From NCBI GenBank assembly GCA_013239625.1, contig MU054757.1, positions 972,251-1,036,250 on the forward strand: a DNA stretch of 64,000 bases, in the 5' to 3' direction. The notes under the pieces are model-generated. The model ran no database searches, was not told where the DNA came from, and saw nothing but the letters and a program-made list of their open reading frames with translations. Source of the stretch: Lama guanicoe. Its lineage: Eukaryota. Position numbers and translations under genes: made by a program. This document shows, piece by piece, positions 27,605 through 38,437 of this stretch (within the stretch, counting starts at the first letter, position 1; each line of letters starts with the position of its first letter).

Positions 27605-27747
27605 CCTTAACTTGAAATTGAAATATCTGGGATAACTAGAACTTTCTAGATGATGGTAAAAGGGACCACAGCTAAGCTTTCTTCCTGATCAAAGAAAAAG
27701 AACTAATGGTGGGTGAGAAGACGCTAACCCTTGCAGGCTAACATTAC

Positions 27748-27933
27748 CGCAGCAGCCGCTTGCGACGCCTTCCTGTTGGCCAGCCTGTACTTGTCATGTG
27801 ACTCTAGGGGACACATCGATGTCTGCGAGTGGTCTGACTTCAAGGGTCCTGTTTGAATGGCCTCTGACTTTTCTATCTCAGAGTTTTCTTTTAAGTTGCT
27901 TAGATGCAGTCCAGGTGCTGCTGGGGCAAACAC
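27748..27933 (-). CDS. Candidate internal exon, 186 bp, phase 0/0, VFAPAAPGLHLSNLKENSEIEKSEAIQTGPLKSDHSQTSMCPLESHDKYRLANRKASQAAAA (host gene unidentified; could be UTR/alternative exon)
   Basis: Acceptor ctgaccccttcccacag|GTG, donor GCG|gtaatg, length 62 codons, only one frame open, 6 CpGs in a CpG-poor background, non-repetitive. Confidence 0.55.
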
Positions 27934-28008
27934 CTGTGGGAAGGGGTCAGTGAATCAACAGTCCAGCTTTCATCCTGCAGAAGGCCAAGTCTGAGGGAAG
28001 TTCTAGGC

Positions 28009-28230
28009 CAGGGGTAAGTCAACTTTTTCAGTACTGAGCCAGATTTTTTTTAGGCACTTTTAGGTATTTTCGGCTGCATAGTCTCTGTCGCAACTATTCA
28101 CCTCTGCCACTGTAGCACAAAAGCAGCCAGAGTGAATATGGCAACAATGGAGCACGGCTATGTGCCAATAAAGCTTTATTTATAAAAATAGGCCAGGGTT
28201 GGCCTCTAGAATATAGTTGGCTGATCTCTG
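28009..28230 (+). mobile_element. MER58A MITE (full length)
   Basis: caggggtaagtcaactttttc...gtctctgtcgcaactattcacctctgccactgtagcacaaaagcagcc...ccaataaagctttatt...tagttggctgatctctg. Confidence 0.9.
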
Positions 28231-29539
28231 TTCTACACGATTTTTTATAAATTCGCCAGTGGGTTTGAGCCCCAGATACCCACGTGGCTAACCTATGCTC
28301 TCTTCTGTTTTGCTTTTCTCATTTTTCCCACTTCCTCACTCCTGCTTCCTGGAATCACCTCCCCAAGAAACCACCTGCCCTCACACCCTCACCTTGAACA
28401 CAGGCACCGCTCCATGTCTGGTGACAGAAGTCAACGAAGGAAGCACACATGATAAAATGTGACCCTCGTACAGTGGCTGTGCTGCCCTCGCAGAAACAGA
28501 TGCTTACTAGAAGATGCAATTCAAATAAAGCAGCAAGTTCCCGGCCTGGCTTTATTCTAGTATTAGAATAAATTGCATCATCTTTATATTCTGTGTCTCA
28601 TAATCATCATTTAAAGAAAAAAAGTATGGTAAAGGAACGTATTTGCGCTCAAAGGGCTACAGACTAGGAAGAGTGCTGGCAGGTAAAATGCTGTTGGTGA
28701 AAGAGTCTCCAAGCTGATGGCAGGCCATGTGCTTTTCAAGCAGTTCTTCTAGAAAATTCTGCCAAGATCTGGTCTATATACACTCTCAGGATTCAGTGAA
28801 CAGTGACAATAGGGGGCATCCTTGCTCAAAACAAGATGACAGTCTCGAGAAAAGAGAAGCCTCTTAATGGCTTCTCTGATCTCTTACTCAGTTCATCAAA
28901 TTCTTAGACTTCAATTTTTGCCTGTTCATCATGGATAGAGAGTGTTTTGGGGTTTGACTCTGCCTACCCTCTCACAGCGCCCAATAATAGCAATAGAGAA
29001 AAATATATTACTCTGCCCCTGATAACTCTTAGATGTGATCTTAATTTCAATTTGATTTTGATAGACGTATACTTAAATAAAAAGTTTCAATGAAATGCTT
29101 CACTCAATGAAACCTAGATGTGACAGTGGACTGAGTAAACTCCACTTTAAGAGAGCGTCTTTGTCTATTTAGGTTTATTGAATGACAGAAAGATGGAAAG
29201 TGGGCAAATATTTGACTACTTTCCCTAACGGCATTAAGGCATCTGTAACTGTATAAAGTTGGTAATGAGGAGTTACTAATCCCATGGTCAAATATAAGTA
29301 TCTCAACCAGAGCAGAGTCCATAAATTCCCCAAAGGTTCAGTATTGAAGTTTCTACAGGAAAGAATAAAAATGTGTATGACATCCATTCTGTTCTCTTGC
29401 TGTCTGCGGAAACAATCACCTGGTTCACATTTGACGGCCGATAGGGCTACATTGTTTCGTATTTCCTTCTATTGATTCTTCCTTACATTTACTCATTCAT
29501 TTATAAACAGACCATCTATTATCTACAAAAGCGGGGAGG

Positions 29540-29874
29540 TGGTTTGGAACATTTTATTCATTATCCTTCTCTATGGGCAAATTTGTCTCCTTACCCCATC
29601 GGAGTCAGGCTTGGACAAATGGCTTGCTTTGGTCAATAAAGTATGAGTGGAAGTGAGAGAAGACTTTCTAGAAAAAAATGTAAGCAAGCATCATCAGGTG
29701 GTTCTACCTTCCTTCTTTTTTCAATTCCCAAAATGAACGTGGCATGGTAGCAAGCCATAGGTGATCCACGATGGCTTGGACGAGAGTGAGAAACAACCTT
29801 TGTTACTGTAAGTTTATGAGACTTTGGGGGTTGTTTGTTACAATGGCAGAATTTCACCAAAGATGACAGTTACA
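29540..29874 (+). mobile_element. MLT1I/J-type MaLR LTR
   Basis: ggcttgctttggtcaataaagtatgagtggaagtga...gagtgagaaacaacctttgttactgtaag...gagactttgggggttgtttgttac. Confidence 0.7.
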
Positions 29875-29964
29875 GGGCTTCAAAGATCAAGCAGACATGC
29901 ATCTTGCATGCAAAAAGGTTTAGTAGAAGTTATACAATAAAAAGATCTCTCGTACGTGGTGAGA

Positions 29965-30100
29965 GTTGGTAGTATGAGTACTAGTTAAGCATTTAAGTTT
30001 TGGAGTCAGACAGCCCAGGTTGGAAATATACCTCTCCCATCTAAGCTGGTCTGACTTACACAAGTTATTTAACCTCTCTCAGCCTTACACATGTGGTTCT
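29965..30100 (+). mobile_element. MIR fragment
   Basis: tttggagtcagacagcccaggttggaa...caagttatttaacctctctcagcct. Confidence 0.7.
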
Positions 30101-31128
30101 TCATTTGCTGGGTTCTGGAAGGAAGGGCTAAGATAATTCTACCATGTGTACAGCACAAGACACAATAGTTTGCACAGAGTAAGGGCTCTATTCAACCTAT
30201 GAACAACTGAAGGCTATTGAAGGGAACCCACTGTGGCCTTGCGTAATTCCATGAAATAAATTTTACCCCTATTTCCACGAATGACTTTGTAGAAATTGTT
30301 AAATAATAAGACAATGTATGTGATGTTACAGAGTTTATAGTTTTCACTTCATCAACTTCTCCTATGGCCTTACATCAACTCTATGAGATTGGTAGGTATC
30401 AGTGATACTTTACTGAAAAGATGAAGGAATTGTGGCTTCTTCAAGTTTAGTCCAATGGGCAGAGCAGATACAAAAACCTGGCATCTTAACCCCAAGTCCT
30501 ACAAATCTTACTGTCTCTGAAAAAAAAGGAGGTTTCCCATTGAGCTGGATGGATCAACTCAAGAGTGATGGATAAGAATATGTCCCCAATAACCTGCAGC
30601 AAAGCTCAACATCTACGTTCGCTTAGAAACCCTCACATACATGTCTAGAAAATAACTCCTTACGCGGGCTTGCTTCTCTCTTTGTTGTAAACCTATGTTG
30701 GCAGAACTGGTCTTGATCATCCTAAGGCCATTTTACTTTGCAAAATCACCCTCTAGCCATTCTTTGACATTTAATTCTCTACAGTCCATGATTATGTGAT
30801 TATTCTTAATTGCACTGTGGAATTTTACAGTACTGTGGAGTCCTTCCAGAAATCTCATTGTCTTCCATGTGCACATGACTTTTAGAAGAGATAATAAAAC
30901 GAAGAAAAGTCTTCTAAAGATTAGAGAAAAGGAATATGTCCTTGGATGTTTCCAAGGTAACCTTTCTTAAAAGTTTATTATTCCAATTCTCGAAGGTCTG
31001 GATTATGAAAAATCAAAGGATACGGGTACATCACTGAAATGTTACAGACAAGAGATGCCTGTTGATTGATTCACATTCAAGTACAACTTGTCTAAAAGGT
31101 TAATATTCACACAGAAACATGTGCATCT

Positions 31129-31280
31129 GGTGGCGGGGGGAGGGTATAGCTCAGTGGTAGAGTGCACACTTAGCATGCACAAGGTCTTGGATTCAACCCC
31201 CAGTACCTCCATCAGTATAAATAAATAAACCTAATTACCACCCCCCAAAATAAATAAATAAAAATAATTTTCAAAAAAAA
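31129..31280 (+). mobile_element. Camelid tRNA-Ala-derived SINE
   Basis: ggggagggtatagctcagtggtagagtgcacacttagcatgcacaaggtc...cagtacctcc, taaataaacctaattacc tail; TSD-like catgtgcatc/catatgcatc. Confidence 0.94.
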
Positions 31281-32689
31281 GCATATGCATCCAAAACCCA
31301 ACTTTTAGTTAAGCCAATGCTACTGTACATTTGGAACATTCTAAGATATAATGAAGACTACCTTCTGCTTTTTTTTTTTTAAACTTTCCTGAACAAGTAC
31401 AAATCTGTTCACAACCAAAGAATTCCTATGCCATATTGATTTCAGCTGTATTTTCCAAGTAGAAAATGTATGAATCCCAATTCTTCATAATCCAGAGGGG
31501 TAAAATTTGAATAGAAGTCTACTGGTTTAGTATGTTAATATGTTGGCTTGAGGAACTGTGCAACATTATAGTAAAAGTCAGACGGGGATAAAAAAGTCAG
31601 AAGTTCACTGTTGCACAATAAAACCAAAACCCATGTGGATCAGAGAAGTGCTTGTTCTATACCAGAAACCAAAATTCTGCTGAATTTTCAGATGATGTTA
31701 CACCTAAACTTCAAAAGTAAAGTTCTATTTTTACTTCATTCTGGCACATAAAGGTGCTTTAAATGTGATTCTAAAAAAATGAATGAAATGAATGAAAGGA
31801 TACTGTGCTGAACTTTACCTACTGGGAAACCCAACTTCCTGTAATCCTGCCTGACAGTTCTTGACTTCTAAGTCATTCAGAACTAATTCTGAGGGATGAC
31901 CAACTAACTGAGGAACTCATGGCCCTATTATTACCCTTTAGGTCCCACCAACAAAGTCAAGGACTACTTCCTCAGAATTACCAGGGAAGAATTTGCTGCT
32001 TTTAAGAAGACATCAAAAAGGGCATTTTGGGGGGATTAAATTAATCTTTAATAGCATCTGAATATGATACATTTATCTCATCAATAAGGACCTAAAAAAT
32101 GAAAGTCCACTGAGCTTTTGTTCATGAGCTTTTTTTATGCAGTATTAACATTTGAAAAAGAGCATTTTTTTCATTAAATACTTTAAATATTAACTTCAAA
32201 AGTAAATGAAAACAAACAAAAACAAGTCCAAAAGCAAACCAAACCAAGCAAAACCAGCAACCTGGCCATCCTGTTATCAACACAAACCTTTGGTAGCCTC
32301 TTTGTTCTACAAGTATATTTCCTTCTCAAGAAATAGAGCATCTTACTGTTTGGACGGTGTCCAAGGCCTAATTCTCGCCTTTATTTGCTTAATTTGTCCT
32401 ATCTACTGTAGTGAGTTTTGAAAAAGCACAGGAGATAAACACAAGGTGCTACAATGGGCAAGAAAATGCAATGTCACCATTGACCTGTTTCTCTACTACT
32501 CAGCTCTAAACAACAACGACGAATACGTGCTTGGGTTTTTTTTTTTTAAAGAAATGAGCGTCACATTCTACAGTTACATTTTGTGGACATCCTACTCCAC
32601 CTTCTGTAGTCAAAATCAAAAGCGGTGATAATGATGTCCACACTGGGCTGGAAGCCTGTCCTCGCCACTTGGAGCTCCAGGACGGCGGC

Positions 32690-32910
32690 CAGCAAGCATT
32701 CATCACGTCTGACCAGACAGTCTGGGCAACTCAGAAGGCAGTTTCGAGGCGGTAATTCACGCAGCTACAGGAAGCCCTCGCAGCAGTGCGTTTTTAGAAG
32801 CAGCAATTTTAGCCTCATCAGTGGTAATTTACAAGTGATTTAATGGCGCTGAATCACGGGCCTGCTTCAACATTTATGAGTGGACATAAAAAGTTATGAC
32901 AATTTCACAG
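32690..32910. promoter_or_regulatory. Candidate conserved non-coding element / developmental enhancer
   Basis: Non-repetitive, retains CpGs, clustered homeodomain motifs (TGATTTAATGG, TTTATGA, CATAAA, TTATGAC, GGTAATT x2); conservation not tested. Confidence 0.4.
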
Positions 32911-33810
32911 TAGAAAATGAGTATTAATATTAAAAAGAGGATTGGCTTTTTAACTGATATTCCACTTCTGAGATGGTGGGGTTTTTCTGGGTTGGATTTT
33001 TTTGGGTATACTTTCTTAAAATGCAGGCCCTGAGGGATTCAAATGGCAGACACAGAAGAGTTCAGGGCACTGACAATGAAGACCAGTGCCCTATTGGGGC
33101 AATGGCATTTTCCAGCTCTAAGAGCTGTTTTCTGCTGATTATGGCAAAGTTTCTTAATCGCTTGTCCTTGGTCTCTAGTAATAAAAAAAAAAAAGTTGTC
33201 AGGATAGTATTTATGGCCATGAATATGCTGCAGATTTTAAACAAAAGTTATTCCATCAATTATAATGCCATGCAGGGCAAAGTACATGAACATCTAACTC
33301 CATCTGTGTATCACATGATAAGTTATATAAAAGTATTTTTGAAAACCTGTTGAAATTGCCACTCATTGAGGAATAATTTAGATGGGAGGTTTAAAGTAAG
33401 AAATAAGCTATCTGTATTTGTTCTGTAAAGATAAAGACCCTCTCTGGTTAGGGTTATCTTTTCAGATACAGAAGCCCTGTTTTGCAATTTGCGCGCTGGC
33501 TTTGGCTGACTGAGGCACCCCCGTAGACTACACGAGAGGACTCAGCAGAGGAGAGGATACTAGGAAGCACATGACATCAGTCTGATAGATTTCACAGTGT
33601 CTCATGGTGTAATTGTTGGAGGACGGTAGAGGCTACTGATATAAGAGACATAATTTCTTGACAAAATTTCAAGGGTAGTATGGAAAATGGATGGAGAAAA
33701 AACTAAGAAAGTAATGAGTGGGGCCACAGCCTGAGAAAACGAGGGAGAATTTATTCAACTATGTCAAGACTTGTTACCCAGATAAGAATGGAAAAGAGGA
33801 AAATAAAGTC

Positions 33811-33830
33811 ACACACACACACACACACAC
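33811..33830 (+). repeat. (AC)10 microsatellite
   Basis: Direct reading. Confidence 0.9.
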
Positions 33831-34289
33831 CACAACACTGAGTGTATCCACAATGGGAAGCTACAAGGAATACAGAATCTGAAAAAAAAAAAAAGACTTT
33901 ATAATGGAAACTGAAATTACGGTGAGAACAGTCTGAAACTTTGACGAGAAACACAAATAAAGATGATACATATTTAAATACACATTTTCTCTGTTGTTGT
34001 CCTGTGAGCATATTTTTATACACAGAGAAATAGCTATCAGTCAAAACGCATGGTATGTAGGCTGCCGCACTGGCCCTTTCTTTCAAGGCCACACCCTGTG
34101 AAAATCACCCTCCCCTCCTTTCACAATTAAACAGGTAGAAAAATCACCTCATGGAAAGATAAAATGAGAGAAGCAATGGAAGACCAAAGCAGGTTCCTCA
34201 ACTGTTTACAGACACCATCTGAAAAACTGGAAAATGCCATGATTTATTTGCTTCTTTTTGAGGGATAGAGGTTCTACTGTTCTAAACGC

Positions 34290-35086
34290 TGTGAAGAAAA
34301 GGTGGCCAAACTCCTAGTCTCTCTGGATCGGGGTAGACTAACGATTCTGATACTCAGTTCCAATATGGTGGGCGGGGAGAGGGTGGGTGGTTCTCCTTCA
34401 ACAAGCACCAGCTGGGTGTTCTACAACTGAACCCAATCCTGATACTATCTAACCAAAGACAGCATCAGATCCCACAGTTTGGGGACAAGCTTGGTCCCCC
34501 AAGACTGCCCATCCTCCCCCCCATTTCAGATGTCAGTCACAAGTCCGAGTTGACCAGCTGGCTACATATCGGAGGTCTCCCTCGTTGGGTTTGATTAATT
34601 TGCTAGAGTGGCTTACAGAGCTCAGAGAAACATTTTATTTACCAAATCACCGGTTTATTATAAAAGGGTGTATGTAACTCAGGAACAAGCCGATGGAAGA
34701 GATGCAGAAAGCAAGGTCTGCAGAAAGAGCATAGGGCTTCCAAGCTTTCTTAAGCAAAGCACTGTCCCAGAACCTCCACGTCCACCAACCCGGAAACGCT
34801 CCGCACCCCTGTTTGGGTTTTTATGGAGGCTTCATTACACAGGAATGATTGATTAACTCATTGACCACTGGCGATTGATTCAACCTCCAGCCCCTCAGGG
34901 GGTGGGGGGAGGTGGGACTGAAAGTTTCAACCCTCAAACCACGAGGTCGGCTTCCCGGGCCCCCAGCCCCCAGCCCTAGGTGCTTTCCTACGTTGGCCTC
35001 ATTAACATAGCAAGAGATACCTTTATCGCTCTCTTCTCAAGGGTATTCGGACCTTCAGATATATTATTATCAATCACAATATCACA
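34290..35086 (-). mobile_element. MER21-type solo LTR
   Basis: caccagctgggtgttctacaa, ttgattaatttgctagagtggcttacagagctcagagaaac, ttttatggaggcttcattacac, ends cacaatatcaca. Confidence 0.85.
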
Positions 35087-35089
35087 GTA

Positions 35090-35390
35090 GATTTTACTGA
35101 AAAGAGTAAATTTGATCAAAGAGTTGAAGGAGAAGGAAAGAGCCGAGCAGATGTTCTGCCCCAGGGGAGCAGCCAGTTCATGGATCCTAAGGCAGAGAGG
35201 CCAGCTTGGCAAGTTCAAGGTTAATGTGTCTGAAAGGGACGGAGCAACAGGTGATGTAAGAGGCCAGTTTCTGGAGGGTCGGGCCTATGATTCAACATGA
35301 GGACTTTGGCTTTGTTCAGAGTGAGGTGGGGAGACGCGGGCTTAATGCGCTCTTTTTGAGACAGGATGGACGGGGGCAGGGCACAGCCAT
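35090..35390 (-). mobile_element. L2 fragment
   Basis: gagttgaaggag...ccaggggagcagccagt...ggactttggctttgttcagagtgaggtgggga. Confidence 0.5.
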
Positions 35391-35424
35391 TCAAGGAATG
35401 CCACAGCAATTAACATCAAAATGG

Positions 35425-35978
35425 TGAAAGATTCAACCCCCAGTTGGCCTTAAGGCTCAGGATGAAGAGATTTAACTTCTAGCAGATCTTGAGCTTCATT
35501 ATATGCCCATTGTAATATTAACATGGTGAATAACACGCCCCCAGGCACCATGGCAGTCCCAAGGCTGGCCACAAAAGGTCACAAGGTGGGAAATGGCCAA
35601 CTCCCTGGGAATCCCAGCCCCTTCCCCTTAGACTGGCCCTTCCACTTATTAGTATATGAAGCCACCAAGCCCATAAAAACCAGCAACACAGCGCCTCGCT
35701 CTGGCCCCTCTCTCTCCCTCTTCGGAGATGGCCCACACCCTGTCTACGGAGTGTGTACCTGCTTTTAATCTGAGCACCCAACCCCCACAACTCGTGGCCT
35801 TTCTCTTGCCTTTCAATGTATCAGTCTGAAAAAATCTACCTTTACTCAACTGTGGCTCGCTCTTGAATTCTTTCCTGTGCGAAGCCAAGGACCCACACTT
35901 GGTGGGGCGCGTCCCAGGGGCTCCACCGAAGCCTGGGACACGGCCCTCCTCATGCCCCACATCTGTTTTCCTGCATCA
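35425..35978 (+). mobile_element. MER41-like ERV1 LTR (5' end unclear)
   Basis: cacgcccccaggcaccatggcagtcccaaggctggcc, cccataaaaacc (TATA), ggctcgctcttgaattctttcctgtgcgaagccaaggaccc, terminal ...tgcatca. Confidence 0.8.
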
Positions 35979-36169
35979 TTTTGATTTTACATCTCTCCTT
36001 GACTTGGATAAATTTCAAAGCAAACCAAACCAAAAGTAGATAAACCAAAAGTCCAAACCAAAGGTAACTATTTTCATTGATTTGGTGGTGATTATTCAGG
36101 GCAAAGAAAGCCCCTGTCAAGTATCCTATCTCAACTGTTTGGAGCGCTACTGATTTGGAGGGAAGAATA

Positions 36170-36693
36170 CACAGATTCTGCCAGCTGCTGCCCGCTAGCC
36201 CCCTTCTTTTCCACCCCAGTATTAGAATCCCTCTTCCGATCAGTGCCAGCCTGTGCAGCCAGAAGACTACGTGCGCAGTTTAGGAATTTAGTGAGGCTGT
36301 GGGATTAAGTACCGGTTAATGAGACTACGGTGAAACAACTGAGTGGGGACTCTGAAATGTCCTTAGAGCTGGTAGACGCATCCCTTTTGCACTTCCTTCC
36401 TCTTCCCTCCGTCCTTCTTTTCCTACTCCCCGGAACGCACAGGTCAGTGCTGTGGGCTCACAGGCCATCTCAGAACAAACAGTGAACTTGAGATTGGAAG
36501 CCCTTCACTGCAGTGGCAGAATGAAAGGTAGGAGGAGAGGGGTCCTGTGGTGACCACAGTGTCCAGCCAAGCCTTGTGCTCCCAAACTTCAGACTTCCTT
36601 TACGGGAGATATAAACACAACTATTTTTAAATGATTACTATTATGATTATGATTATAATAATGATTTCCTACTACCTGTTATGGAACCTAACA
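36170..36693 (+). mobile_element. MLT1K/L-type MaLR LTR (old)
   Basis: cagccagaagactac...tcctactccccggaacgcac...gccatct...cttcagacttcctttacgggagatataaac. Confidence 0.55.
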
Positions 36694-38041
36694 GTTAGGG
36701 TGTTTTAGTCATAGGTCGTCTCCTCCTTTAGCTTGTATGTTTTTTAAAAACATGGCTTTTGGCTTTTAAATAACACATCCCTCTCCCCTCAAATAAGCAC
36801 TACAAATTTAGAAAATCTCCCAGGGAAACAGAGTCAGTGCAAATAAACAGCACTGTCTATAATTAAGGGCATCTCAAGTAGTGGCCATGGAAGCAGAGCC
36901 CAAGACAAAGACTGGAGACTAATTGGCTGAACTGATCATAGACAGAGTGCTCCTCTCTGTCTGGCACACACGATGCCTGGGGGATGGCTATAAAGATGGT
37001 TGGCTCAAATCAATGCGCTACGCAGAATCAGAAATTCCATTTGGAGAAAAGCGCTGTGTATTTCACCAACTTCATGGAGAATTACTTAATGTAAAATTCT
37101 CATTTTCCCTCCTCTTACAACATGCAAATGAGTTCAAATTTGAGAATAATAGAGAGTAAGAATAAGTATCTCATATTATTGTGACCAACTTACCTTCAGT
37201 TCAGGGGTGACACAAAGTAGGTGCTTAATAGATGTTCATTTGCGATTTCACCATTACAGCCCCAATTTACATACTCTGAGTCCCTTTGGTTTCATCAGTC
37301 AAAAGAGAGCAAATAAAATCTCTTAATATTTTCACAGGGTTGTGAGAATCAGAGCAATTAACAGGTATGGAAACCCTCTAAATAAAGGAAAAGCATTTTT
37401 ATTAGTAGTTGCATGATTTGTGTCAGTATTAGACTTTGTTGCATTAAGAAAAATATTTCTGTTCATTCTCCAGGTCTAGCCATTCTGATAATATGATGTC
37501 AATTACTAAGAAATGACATTATCTTTCATTTTAAAGGCGCTTTCACAGCTTCCAAAATAACTGCAGGTGTATTACTGTCTCCAATACTTGCAACAGTATT
37601 GAAATATACAGCAGCAAAATGGTTACTTTCACTTACTGCTTGAGGACAGGGAGGATCAAAAAGTTAGAACAACTTGTCCAGTTCCCCAGCTGGGAAGGGA
37701 GGGCCGAAGTTTGAGGTGTGAGTCTTCTGACTGCTAAATCCCGTGTTGGTTTAATCCGATGGTTTTTCTCTCCAAACAATTTCGCAGAGAGCAGATGGAT
37801 GACCACAATCAGTTTGGTTAAAAGAGGTTCTGTGAAAATCCCTTAACTCAGAATTTCAAATAGCACGGTCCCCCCTACTCCATGGATCTCTGCCTGTATG
37901 AATAGCTCAGCCCGGTATGAAACAGGGAATTAATTCCTTATAAGTCTTATAGTCAGTCAGGCTGCCTGGCCATCAGAGAGACCGTTTTCTGAGCAGAGGT
38001 GGGATGTCCATCCAGAGGAGGGGTTAATAACCGTAATGTTA

Positions 38042-38200
38042 GGGGAGGGTATAGCTCAGTGGTAGAGCGTGTGCTTAGCATGCACGAGGTCCTGGGTTCA
38101 ATCCCCAGTATCTCTATAAATAAATGTCTAATTTTATAAATAAATAAATAAATAAATATCTAATCCACCCCCAAATCTTTTTTAAATAAAATAAAAAATT
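38042..38200 (+). mobile_element. Camelid tRNA-Ala-derived SINE (close to consensus)
   Basis: ggggagggtatagctcagtggtagagcgtgtgcttagcatgcacgaggtcctgggttcaatccccagta + (TAAA)n tail. Confidence 0.95.
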
Positions 38201-38340
38201 TTAAACCCTAAATCTGCTCACCACGGAGGGCTCAGTGGGGTGCACATGGGGCCAGTAGCACCACTCAATGGGAAAAGGCTGGTATGGGATCAGATCCGGC
38301 TGCCCACGCTCACATTGTCAGGTGTTTAATCTTCAACATA

Positions 38341-38437
38341 GCTTTTCTTTTTTTTTTTAAGTGGAGGTACTGGGGATTGAATGCAGGACCTTAAGCATGC
38401 TAAGCACACGCTCTACCACTGAGCTACACCCTCCCCC
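38341..38437 (-). mobile_element. Camelid tRNA-Ala-derived SINE
   Basis: T run then ggaggtactggggattgaa...gcatgctaagcacacgctctaccactgagctacaccctccccc; TSD ttcaacata at 38332-38340 and 38439-38447. Confidence 0.95.

Noticed and set aside
27748-27933. Assigning a gene symbol to the candidate exon
   Set aside because: I could not match the peptide to any protein I reliably remember; naming it would be a guess
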